From an uncultured Candidatus Saccharibacteria bacterium (GTDB lineage Bacteria > Patescibacteriota > Minisyncoccia > Phycocordibacterales > Phycocordibacteraceae), in contig CAZHSZ010000001.1 of assembly GCA_964535425.1 (NCBI GenBank), positions 32,489-80,023 of the forward strand: 47,535 bases of DNA. Reading direction: 5' to 3'. Below are positions 35,031 to 43,381 of the stretch, in pieces. The notes under the pieces were generated by a model. The model was not told the DNA's origin, did no database searches, and was given only the letters and a program-made list of their open reading frames with translations. How positions within the stretch are numbered: the stretch's first letter is position 1; every line of letters begins with the position of its first letter. The translations under genes and the position numbers were made by a program.

Positions 35031-35139
35031 TATTATACTGAAATTCCTAGTTTTTTCAATTTACCTAAAATCAACGGGCGCGTCATTGCAAAGCAATGGC
35101 GCGCCCGTATCCCGCTACCAAGCGGCCGCGTACCGGGTG

Positions 35140-35376
35140 TTACCGGCGGCGAATGCTTGAGGGGACTTCAATCTCGGAGAGATCGAACGTCAGGGGCATG
35201 TCGTGGACGCCGGAACGGACGACGAGGGTCGCGCACTTCGCGCCGCGGACTTCGGTGAACCCTTGGAACTTGCCTTTGCGGCCGTCCCGAAGTGAAACCA
35301 ATGTCTGTGGCGTGAGGCTCGCGAACCAGCGTTGCGTCGGATTCGGCATTTCACGAACGTATGCAGTCGTAGTCAT
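35140..35376 (-). CDS. Hypothetical protein (78 aa)
   Basis: AGGGGT Shine-Dalgarno-like sequence 6-7 nt before the ATG. Followed by a 16-bp hairpin (35075-35109, one G-U pair). No recognisable motif. Confidence 0.4.
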   Translation of the reverse strand: MTTTAYVREMPNPTQRWFASLTPQTLVSLRDGRKGKFQGFTEVRGAKCATLVVRSGVHDMPLTFDLSEIEVPSSIRRR

Positions 35377-35436
35377 TAGCTACCCCTAGTGAAATCGCCT
35401 TCGTGGTGAAGGCGAAGACGCCATCGTATCAAAATC

Positions 35437-36720
35437 CTAACGCTTTTTCCACTCGCGTTCCTGCCGCACCAAATGCGCCGCATCAGCGGCGTCCGCAAGA
35501 AGCGCCTCCACGACGCGCTCCACGCGAATGGACTGCGAACCCTTTATCAAAATGACGTCCCCCGCTTCAATCATTCCCGAAAGATACTCGGCCGCCGCAT
35601 ACGCGTCATCAAAATGGTGGGCACGATTCTTATTCTTATGGATGCTTAGCGCGGCCTCGGAAAGTTTTTTTGAGCGCGGACCCACCCCGATGACCAGGTC
35701 GGCATGCTTTGCCGCGAGCTTTCCGATGCGCTCGTGCTCTTCAGCCGAGTAGCGGCCAAGCTCGAGCATATCGCCCAAGACCGCGATGCGGCGTTTTGCG
35801 GGTACGAGAGAAAGCGAGCCGAGCGCCTCCTCGACCGCAGCGGGAGACGCGTTATAGGAGTCGTCTATCAGCACTGAGTTTTGTTTTCCTTTCAAGATGC
35901 GGGAACGGCCCGCAGGCGGCACATAGGACTCGAGCGCTTTGAGCGCATCCTTCGTGGTTAGCCCGAGCGAAAGCGCGCACGCTACCGCCGCGGCGGGCGC
36001 ATAGAGCTGCGGGCGGCCGAGCGCGCCGCGTGTCTCGAGCGGATGCGTCGCCTTCCCTATCGTCAGGTTCGCCTGCATGCCAAGCGGAGCCGTGCCCGAC
36101 AAAAGCACTTTTGCTTCGCTAAGCTGTACGTCCGCATCCTTTTCGAAGCCGTAGGTGGTCACCTGCGCAGAGAGACGGGACGCGAGATGCTTCGCGTACC
36201 GGTCGTCGGCGGAAATGATAAGCGGCGCGCCTTGAGGCAGCGCGTATGCGGGCGCGAACTCTTCCTCGCGCACCGCCGCAGCCGACGCGTACGCTTCCAC
36301 ATGCACCGGCACTTCAGGAAGCCTGGTCACCACTACCACGTCGGGCGTTGCGATATTGAGAATCCGTTTCAAGTCGCCCGGACTGTCGGCACCCACCTCA
36401 AGCACGAGGAGCTTCGGATAATGGTTCGGAAGGAATATGAGGGCAAGCGCTTCCCCTATGACGCGCACCCATGCGTAGGGATTCGTCCACGGATTCTTCG
36501 CACCTATGATGGTGAGCGGTACGCCGAATTCGCTGTTATAGCTCTTCTCGCTTTCGCGCAGATGGAACGAGGAACGCAGCGCGGCGGCGACCGCGTCTTT
36601 CGTGGAGGTCTTCCCTACGCTTCCGGTCACCATCACTATCTTCGGGCGGTATTTGAGGAGTATCCCCCGCGCAAGGAGCGCGAGCAGGAATGCGACGATG
36701 CTTTTAAGGAAGTGTTTCAT
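35437..36720 (-). CDS. murF: UDP-N-acetylmuramoyl-tripeptide--D-alanyl-D-alanine ligase
   Basis: Mur ligase P-loop VTGSVGKTSTKD. Central and C-terminal Mur ligase domains (DDSYNASP, VLGDMLELG). Starts directly after the ftsI stop. Confidence 0.9.
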   Translation of the reverse strand: MKHFLKSIVAFLLALLARGILLKYRPKIVMVTGSVGKTSTKDAVAAALRSSFHLRESEKSYNSEFGVPLTIIGAKNPWTNPYAWVRVIGEALALIFLPNHYPKLLVLEVGADSPGDLKRILNIATPDVVVVTRLPEVPVHVEAYASAAAVREEEFAPAYALPQGAPLIISADDRYAKHLASRLSAQVTTYGFEKDADVQLSEAKVLLSGTAPLGMQANLTIGKATHPLETRGALGRPQLYAPAAAVACALSLGLTTKDALKALESYVPPAGRSRILKGKQNSVLIDDSYNASPAAVEEALGSLSLVPAKRRIAVLGDMLELGRYSAEEHERIGKLAAKHADLVIGVGPRSKKLSEAALSIHKNKNRAHHFDDAYAAAEYLSGMIEAGDVILIKGSQSIRVERVVEALLADAADAAHLVRQEREWKKR

Positions 36721-38445
36721 TTAGGGAATGTCTCCGCGGTCAGGGGGAATAGTGTAGTAGTTGATGAGGAAATGCGTCAAATCGAAGAACGGGTGGGTCA
36801 GGGTCTCGGAGGCGTATTGTACTCCTCCCGGCTCTTTCGTATAGAGAAGGATGATGAACTTGGGCGCGTAGGCCGGGAAGTAGCCGAAAAAGGAGTGGAA
36901 GTACTTTCCCGGCGCGTACTTCCCGCCCGGGCCCGCGATTTGCGCCGTTCCGGTCTTTGCGGCAACGCTTATCTCCGGTATGGAGAGCGCGCCTTTGGCG
37001 AGCGACTTGTCGACGACGCTGACGAGCATCGTCGTCGTCTCCTCGACCGCCTTGCTGCTGAAGACGCGCTCGCTCTGTCCCCAGGAAAGCTCCTTCGTGA
37101 TGCCGGACTCAAGCCTGATGGCACGCGCCAGGTGCGGAGTGACGATTTGCCCGCCGTTTGCGAGCGCTCCGAGCGCGCGAATCATCTCAACCGGAGTCTG
37201 CGCGATGCCTTGTCCGTAGGACGCCGTCGCGTATTCGATATCGCGTGGGCTATCGAGGATGTTGTCGATATTTCCGGGAATTTCGCTTGGGAGGTCGATG
37301 CCCGTTTCCGTTCCGAGCCCGAGCTCCTCGAGGTAGTGGCGGAATTTCTCATGGCCGAGCTTTCCCGCGATGTGAGCCGCACCCACGTTAAGCGACTGGG
37401 AGAGCACTTGCTGCATCGGCACGACTCCGCGCGCCTTGCCGTCGTAGTTTGAGAACGTCTTGCCGTTTAAAGTGACTGTGCCCGTGTCGTTATAGGTGGA
37501 CTCCGGAGTGATGACGCCCGCATCAAGCCCCGATACCATCGTGAGCGCCTTTACGATGGAACCGAACTCATACCGGCGTTCGACGAGCGGATTCCCGAAA
37601 TGGTTCGCGTCTTCTTCGCCGAAATTATTCGGATCGAACGTCGGGTAGGTGCCAAGCGCGATGATTTCGCCCGTTTTTGGATCCATGATGATGCCGCTCG
37701 TTTCCGTGCTTCCGTACTGCGCATTCACGTCAGCAAGCACCTGCATCAGTTTCTCCTCCACTACCGGCTCAATCGTCGTGATGACGTCGCCTGCCTGCGC
37801 GCTCCTTCCGTCGGCAACCGCCTCGTCGATGTTCGAGAACAGTTCCGCGAAGAAATTTCCGAAAAGCCCGTCCTTTCCCCGGTCAAGCGCGTCGTTATAG
37901 TAGCGCTCAAGGCCGAACCGGCCGGCAAGCGTATTGTCATTGTCGTAGGCGACAAACCCGATGGTCTGCGCCGCCTTTTCTCCCGCAGGATAGCTCCGCC
38001 ATCGCTCGCGCTCCACGAGCACGCCGCCGATTTTCAGCTCCGCTATCGCCTTTCCCGCGTCTTCCGGCACATGGATTTTTATGACTTCGTACGGGTCGTC
38101 CGATTTCGCCGCCGCTTCGCGAAACTCCGCCTCATCAATCGGCGTAAGTGCATTAATCGCCGCATAGGCGGCATCCGCGTCCTTCAGGTGCTTCGGGTCA
38201 ATCGCGAGGCGGAATCCGGTACCCAAGGTAGCCGCCGATAGGAGTGTTCCGTCCTTGCGCGTGAAGTAGATGCTTCCCCGGTCATAGATGGACTGGCTCG
38301 TGTTCGCGTACTGGCGCTCCGCCTTCAAGGAATACTCCTGCCCGTGCACGAGCTGGAGAAAATACAGCTGGATGATGATGACTGCCGCAAAAAAGAGGAT
38401 GACACCCGAAAAAAGACGGAGCTTCAGTCGGAGTGCGCTTCGCAT
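36721..38445 (-). CDS. ftsI: Penicillin-binding protein (FtsI/PBP3-type D,D-transpeptidase)
   Basis: N-terminal TM. SxxK (GSIVKAL), SxN (SQSLN), KTGT (AAKTGTAQ). Located in the dcw cluster between ftsL and murF. Confidence 0.9.
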   Translation of the reverse strand: MRSALRLKLRLFSGVILFFAAVIIIQLYFLQLVHGQEYSLKAERQYANTSQSIYDRGSIYFTRKDGTLLSAATLGTGFRLAIDPKHLKDADAAYAAINALTPIDEAEFREAAAKSDDPYEVIKIHVPEDAGKAIAELKIGGVLVERERWRSYPAGEKAAQTIGFVAYDNDNTLAGRFGLERYYNDALDRGKDGLFGNFFAELFSNIDEAVADGRSAQAGDVITTIEPVVEEKLMQVLADVNAQYGSTETSGIIMDPKTGEIIALGTYPTFDPNNFGEEDANHFGNPLVERRYEFGSIVKALTMVSGLDAGVITPESTYNDTGTVTLNGKTFSNYDGKARGVVPMQQVLSQSLNVGAAHIAGKLGHEKFRHYLEELGLGTETGIDLPSEIPGNIDNILDSPRDIEYATASYGQGIAQTPVEMIRALGALANGGQIVTPHLARAIRLESGITKELSWGQSERVFSSKAVEETTTMLVSVVDKSLAKGALSIPEISVAAKTGTAQIAGPGGKYAPGKYFHSFFGYFPAYAPKFIILLYTKEPGGVQYASETLTHPFFDLTHFLINYYTIPPDRGDIP

Positions 38446-38448
38446 AGG

Positions 38449-38742
38449 CTAGCGTGTCGTCGAAGGGGCGAACGTGAAGGTCGGCTTGCCGTTTTCCGCT
38501 ACGTATTCGACGCTGAGCGGCTCTCGGTACCCAGCGCTCAGCACATTCGTATCATTTAACTTGGCGATAGCGTCGTAGTACTCGGTCTCAAGTGAAGCGA
38601 TGCGGGACTCCGTATCGCGCATCGACGCGGAGAGCTTCGTTTCAAGGGCCGCAAAGAAAATGGTCGCCATCACGAGCGCGATATACACCGCAAACAGCGT
38701 TGCGCAGGAAAGGCTCAGTACGGGGATAAGGCGGTTAGGCAT
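38449..38742 (-). CDS. ftsL: FtsL-like cell division membrane protein
   Basis: 97 aa. One TM (LSCATLFAVYIALVMATIFFAAL) followed by a coiled-coil. Position between rsmH and ftsI. Overlaps the rsmH stop by 8 nt. Confidence 0.6.
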   Translation of the reverse strand: MPNRLIPVLSLSCATLFAVYIALVMATIFFAALETKLSASMRDTESRIASLETEYYDAIAKLNDTNVLSAGYREPLSVEYVAENGKPTFTFAPSTTR

Positions 38743-39679
38743 AGGCGTAAGGTGAGGCGTGTACGTCGTTCACGCTCGAAGCGTCTTCGGAGCAGCGCTC
38801 GAAAATGCGGAGCTTCGCGCTTCGAGCGCGCGGATTGGCCGTTAGCTCTTCAGGGGAGGGCGCAATCGGCTTTTTGGTTACGAGCGTTCCCTTTCCCGCA
38901 TGCGCGGCGTCCCGAAGCACGGTCTTCACGATGCGGTCTTCGATGCTGTGGAAGGTGATGAGCGCGACACGGCCGCCTGGCGTAAGGCGCGAGAGCACCG
39001 CATCAAGCCCCTCACGGAGCGCGCCGAGCTCGTCGTTCACCGCGATGCGGAGCGCCTGGAAGGTCTTCGTGGCCGGATGGATGCGGCGGTGCTGGTACCA
39101 CGACGGGGTGGAGGCGAGGATGATCTCGACAAGGTCTCCGGTAGTGAGAATGCGCTTCGTTTTTCGCGCCTCCACGATACCGCGAGCGATCTGGCGCGCA
39201 AAACGCTCTTCGCCGAGCGTGAAGAACAAGTCGGCAAGCGCTTCTTCCGAGGCGGTATTCACCATATCGGCCGCCGTCTTCCCTGCTTCAGGGGTACCGT
39301 ACGTCATAAGAAGCGGCTCCTCCGCGCGGAACGAGAATCCGCGTCCGCTTGAGAGATGGAAGGCGCTCCATCCGAGGTCGAAGAGCACTTTCGATACGGA
39401 AGAAATGGCGAGGCGGTCGAGTATGGCGTCTAGATTACGGAAATTGTCTTCGACAAGATGCACTGAGGCGCGCGCGCCTTTGGCAGCCGCTTCCCCGCGC
39501 TCTATCGCGCCGCGGTCGGCATCGATGCCCACCAGTACACCGTTCCCGTCGAGCGCCTCGATAAGCTTCGCAAAATGCCCTGCTCCGCCGATGGTCGCAT
39601 CCACGACAACGTCTCCCGGGACGATGGCGAGACCGTCGATGGCTTCTTCAAGGAGTACGCTGTCGTGCTTGGTTTCCAT
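38735..39679 (-). CDS. rsmH: 16S rRNA (cytosine1402-N4)-methyltransferase RsmH (MraW)
   Basis: HDSVLLEEAIDGL, VVDATIGGAGH, GIDADRGAI, FDLGWSAFHL, ITFHSIEDRIVK: all canonical RsmH motifs. Confidence 0.95.
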   Translation of the reverse strand: METKHDSVLLEEAIDGLAIVPGDVVVDATIGGAGHFAKLIEALDGNGVLVGIDADRGAIERGEAAAKGARASVHLVEDNFRNLDAILDRLAISSVSKVLFDLGWSAFHLSSGRGFSFRAEEPLLMTYGTPEAGKTAADMVNTASEEALADLFFTLGEERFARQIARGIVEARKTKRILTTGDLVEIILASTPSWYQHRRIHPATKTFQALRIAVNDELGALREGLDAVLSRLTPGGRVALITFHSIEDRIVKTVLRDAAHAGKGTLVTKKPIAPSPEELTANPRARSAKLRIFERCSEDASSVNDVHASPYAYA

Positions 39680-39685
39680 AGGCGT

Positions 39686-40108
39686 TTATGCGGCGAGTTT
39701 TTCCGCGAACAGGTCGGCATCCCGCTCGATGGAGGCGGTGTAGGAAGCCCACGCGTCTTCATCCCACACTTCCACGCGGTCAGACACGCCCGCGATGACG
39801 CTTTTCACTTTCAAAGCCGCAAACGACTTCAAGTAGTCGGGGACAAGGATGCGTCCCGCGCTGTCGACTTCAGCTTCAGAGGCGCCCGCAAGCATGAGAC
39901 GTGCGAGTCCGCGGCCTGCCGCGCCTCCGGTTGAGTGCTGCGCTATCTTCGCCGCCTCCTGCTTCCATGCGCTTTTCGGGTATATAAAGAGGCACTTGTC
40001 GAGCCCGCGCGTCACCACGACGGAAGCGCCGAGTTCCTTCCGGAACTTTGCCGGAAGCGAAATGCGATTTTTCGCGTCGAATGTGTGGCGGTACTCTCCG
40101 ATGAACAT
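39686..40108 (-). CDS. mraZ: Division/cell wall cluster transcriptional regulator MraZ
   Basis: Start moved to ATG 40108. MFIGEYRHTFDAKNRISLPAKFRKELG aligns with the canonical MraZ N-terminus (MF.GEY.H..DAKGR...P). A second DxxxR half is present. Confidence 0.9.
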   Translation of the reverse strand: MFIGEYRHTFDAKNRISLPAKFRKELGASVVVTRGLDKCLFIYPKSAWKQEAAKIAQHSTGGAAGRGLARLMLAGASEAEVDSAGRILVPDYLKSFAALKVKSVIAGVSDRVEVWDEDAWASYTASIERDADLFAEKLAA

Positions 40109-40163
40109 AAAAATAGGGATGGGATTCGTGGAACGGATGAGGAAATACGGGGCGAAAACGTAT

Positions 40164-40210
40164 TCCCACTTCATCCCACTTAAAGCTTAGTATATGACAC
40201 TTCTTCCCAC
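40164..40210 (-). promoter_or_regulatory. Putative mraZ promoter (-10 TATACT, 40194-40189) with three GTGGGA direct repeats (MraZ-box-like operator)
   Basis: Minus-strand GTGGGA at 40210-40205, 40179-40174 and 40169-40164. The two downstream copies are exactly 10 nt apart, in the 5' UTR. Confidence 0.5.
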
Positions 40211-41005
40211 TCCCCTACCCGAAGATGTGTTGGAAGTGTGGATAAGGGAGGCCAGTTTCTGCAGGGCAGAAACCGGCCGAACACTTATGCATGATTTGCG
40301 GCGGGTTTTCCCCGCGCCGCGAATCAGGCAAACTTGCGCAAAAGGCTTTGCAGAAAAGGCACCGGAGAGTAGACTAAAACTACGAAGGCTGGAGATTTAC
40401 GGTAGCGCTCCAACACCGTACAAGATTCTGGAGCACTGGCGCGAGTCCCTAGCCGCAAGGCTAGGGACTCGCTTGCATTAGGTCTGCGAGGCACATTCTC
40501 GGGCGCGAATCGACCTAAGATTCAGTCCACCACAGGACACACGACAGATCAGTCAACGAAAGGAAAGAAAAGCTCATTCACGAGCAAAGCAGGCAAGACC
40601 GGAAAGAACAAAACGTTCAAGAGAGCAGAACCGAAAAGCAGAAGACGAATTGGAGTAGTTTGGCATCGACAGATACCTACCGGCACAGCTACGCCGTACT
40701 CTGTAGATTCCTAACCCCTTCGCGTCTTCCGATTTCCGGAAACGCTCTCGCGAACCTAGGTTCACCGTGACTGCAGGCACGAAAGCCTTGCTCGTAGCAC
40801 TGGTCAGAGTCGTATACCCTGTAATGAGAGACGGGACCCTCGGGCACCCGTCTTTCTTATTTGCAGAGCATGCCCAAAAACGCCTCATACTGCGTTGCGC
40901 TTCGTCTCGTAAACACTCACCGTACTATCTTGTACGGCTCGTATTTCCTCGCTCGCGCGCCTTGCCTGAGACGCTTTTGAACACACTCTTTCCCCACCCC
41001 TGGAT

Positions 41006-41034
41006 TTGACACGGTATCTGCGGCTCGCTATCCT
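41006..41034 (+). promoter_or_regulatory. Promoter-like TTGACA-N17-TATCCT
   Basis: -35 at 41006-41011, 17-nt spacer, -10 at 41029-41034. Would give a ~215-nt structured leader for the 108-aa ORF. Confidence 0.45.
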
Positions 41035-41258
41035 CTTTCTTACACATGCAGTCTTGGACCATTAAGCGCAGCACCCTAATTACGGTCGTCCTTCACGGGA
41101 CGGTCGGGGTTTCGCTTAAGGTCTCTTCTGCAAAAATCTAGATACGGAAAAAGACAAGAGAATTTAAGCGAGCTCCCGACCGAAAGGTCAGGAGCTCGTC
41201 CGCTTTTACGCGGGGCACATTGAAACGGCCTACGGGCCCACAACCAGAGGAGCAGCAG

Positions 41259-41585
41259 ATGAGCAAAGCGGATAAGGACTATGTCGTCTTCACGGATGAT
41301 ACGGTCGCAAACGAAACGCTTGCCCTGCTCGAAGAGGAAGGCAAAGTACGCAATGTCATTCGCCTCGTACGGGGCACCGCAATACCTGAAGGTTCGGTCC
41401 ACATCATTCATCGCCAAAACCAAGGCGGGTATGTGGAGGTCCAGCGTTTAGTGAAGCGGGTCGTCGTCTATGTTCGCACTTCAAGCCAGGGAGACATCGG
41501 CCGCCTCAGAAAGGCACGCCGACGCATTCCGACTTTGGTCGACAACCTAGAAGATGTGGATGGCAGACGCTACGCGCTAGCCTAA
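41259..41585 (+). CDS. Hypothetical protein (108 aa)
   Basis: Start moved to ATG 41259 (MSKADKDYVVF...) with GAGGAG 7 nt upstream. Followed by a strong terminator. Confidence 0.55.
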   Translation: MSKADKDYVVFTDDTVANETLALLEEEGKVRNVIRLVRGTAIPEGSVHIIHRQNQGGYVEVQRLVKRVVVYVRTSSQGDIGRLRKARRRIPTLVDNLEDVDGRRYALA

Positions 41586-41608
41586 TCGGGCGCATCCTAC
41601 TCTCAAGT

Positions 41609-41641
41609 GAAACGGGCGGTCTTTCGGACCGCCCGTTTTTC
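41609..41641. terminator. Bidirectional intrinsic terminator between the 108-aa ORF and lysS
   Basis: aaacgggcggtc-tttc-ggaccgcccgttttt, with an A-tract 5' and a T-tract 3'. Confidence 0.75.
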
Positions 41642-41644
41642 TAT

Positions 41645-43225
41645 TTATTTCGACGCTTCTTCGAGTCGTTTCAGCACAAAGTCGTGCGGAAGCACGGAGA
41701 GGAACCACCCTGCCTTCGGGCCCGACTCACGCGCAAGGAAAATCCGATAGAGCGCGCTGAAAAGCTCCTTCGGCTCGATAGGGGTCTCGGTCTTCAATTC
41801 ATGCAAACGATGATGCAATTCTTCCCCGGTCTTCTGGCCTTCCGAAAGGTATGAATGAAGAAGCGTGAGCGCTTTCTTTTGCGTTTCGGAAAGCTCCACC
41901 GCGGGCATCGTATCCTGGAGCGCATAGAGGTAACGCTCGGGCGCATAGGTAGAGAGCCAGTACTTCGCGTACTCCGCGCGCTCGGCAAGCGCACGCAATT
42001 CTTCTTCAGTGAGATTCTCCCCTTTTACGCGTGACGCTTCTTCCACCAGGTCTATGTGCGGCATCTGGGCGACGAACGCCACTTCGGAGAAACGCATCTG
42101 CCACGGCGTAGGCGGTACCGCCTGATGCTCCGGAAGCTGCACGAGCGCGTAGAGGCGCGTGAAGTCGTCCGCAATTCCCTCTTTCACTTTTCCCAAGAGT
42201 TCGTCATACCAGTCATAGAGGCGCGGGACCGAGTCGCCCGACGGGTCCACATCTACCTGTTGGTTTATCTCTTTCCCGAGAAGCGCGAGTCGGAAGATGG
42301 ACGGTGGCAAGAGGTCGCTCATATCTTTAGCGGAAGAGCCGCGACCCTTGGAAGAAGACATTTTCTTCCCGCCTACCAAGAAGAATTCGTAGGGCGCATT
42401 GTACGGTTCCTCGTAATTGAAGACTTCCTTCGCGATGCGCTTTGATACGTCGCGCGAGCCGCCCTTCGTGGAGTGGTCCTTGCCGGCGCCCTCCACGCTC
42501 ACGTTCATCGCTACCCACTTCGCGGCCCAATCGGCTTTCCAGTAGAGCTTTGCCGCGCCCTTAAACGGCGCGATGCGTCCCGTATGGCCGCAGGGCACGC
42601 ACTCATCCGGTGACCGGTCACAGGCATACGCGACGGTTTCGCCGTCGAAGTCGTAGGCGCGCGTCGTCATCATCTTTCCGCATTTCTCGCACACGACCGA
42701 TATAGGAAGCCAGGCATCGTCTTTCACCGAGCCTGAGACTTCCTTCATAATGCGGCGGATGTCGGAGGCGCGTTCGAGTGCCGTCTTTATAAGCGCATCC
42801 ATCTTCCCTGCCGCATACAAATCCTTGTACGCCCAGTAGTATTCCGGCGTGAATCCTATCTTTTTATGTACCGCTTGAAATTCCGCGCCGAAGTATGCCG
42901 CATAGTTTTCATAGCCTGCTTCCGGAGACGGCACGGTGTAGAGCGGCTTCCCGAGATGCTCCTTGTATTTCTCCTGGTCGAGATAGCCCGGGATGGCATC
43001 GAACGGGTCGAAGTCGTTATGCTCCCAGAGGAAGCGATTCGGAATATGGTATTCGTTCAAGACCTCGCTTATAAGGCCGTGTATGGCGACCCCGCGCATA
43101 CTTCCCACATGCACGCGTCCGGAGAGGGTTTTCTCGTCGCGGATAATAAGCGGCGAATCCTTCGTCGCTTTTTTCGCTTCAGGGCGTTCCTGAATTTCCT
43201 TTGCTATTCTGTCTGCCCAAAACAT
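41645..43225 (-). CDS. lysS: Lysine--tRNA ligase, class I type
   Basis: About 526 aa. HIGH-like VHVGSMRG, KMSKS-like KKMSSSKG, Cys cluster CEKCGK...C..C. Length and architecture match class I LysRS, not class II. The track start TTG 43231 is replaced by ATG 43225, which lies 6 nt after TGcTAGGAT. Confidence 0.85.
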   Translation of the reverse strand: MFWADRIAKEIQERPEAKKATKDSPLIIRDEKTLSGRVHVGSMRGVAIHGLISEVLNEYHIPNRFLWEHNDFDPFDAIPGYLDQEKYKEHLGKPLYTVPSPEAGYENYAAYFGAEFQAVHKKIGFTPEYYWAYKDLYAAGKMDALIKTALERASDIRRIMKEVSGSVKDDAWLPISVVCEKCGKMMTTRAYDFDGETVAYACDRSPDECVPCGHTGRIAPFKGAAKLYWKADWAAKWVAMNVSVEGAGKDHSTKGGSRDVSKRIAKEVFNYEEPYNAPYEFFLVGGKKMSSSKGRGSSAKDMSDLLPPSIFRLALLGKEINQQVDVDPSGDSVPRLYDWYDELLGKVKEGIADDFTRLYALVQLPEHQAVPPTPWQMRFSEVAFVAQMPHIDLVEEASRVKGENLTEEELRALAERAEYAKYWLSTYAPERYLYALQDTMPAVELSETQKKALTLLHSYLSEGQKTGEELHHRLHELKTETPIEPKELFSALYRIFLARESGPKAGWFLSVLPHDFVLKRLEEASK

Positions 43226-43381
43226 TCCCAAATCCTAGCACAAAACGGCCGTCTCAGAGAAAGCAGAAAATCGCCCGTATGCGAGGCGCGGAGCTGAGAT
43301 TTTCGCAGACGTACAAAACGTACGGCGGAGAAAATCGGGAGGCTCTGCAACGAAGCAGACGGGCGATTTTGTGTTTTCTAT

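Noticed and set aside
34488-35436. Integrated mobile element at tRNA-Glu
   Set aside because: No integrase or excisionase. The second copy of the tRNA 3' end is inverted (hairpin), not a direct att repeat. No clear compositional shift. Kept only as a low-interest orphan-gene islet.
39686-40174. N-terminal extensions in track ORFs (mraZ to 40174, alkA-like to 1577, protease to 20728, ATPase to 29298, rplU to 25189, EamA from 16115, corA from 20378, cohesin gene from 12313, lysS from TTG 43231)
   Set aside because: The conserved protein N-termini begin at internal ATGs. The extensions overlap neighbouring genes or promoters, and the internal ATGs sit 6-9 nt after -10 hexamers.
41169-41198. GAAA-capped hairpin beginning GAGC: a possible group II intron domain V
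   Set aside because: It is 28-30 nt rather than 34 and lacks the 2-nt 3' bulge geometry. No GUGYG 5' end, no domain VI bulged A and no reverse-transcriptase ORF anywhere nearby.
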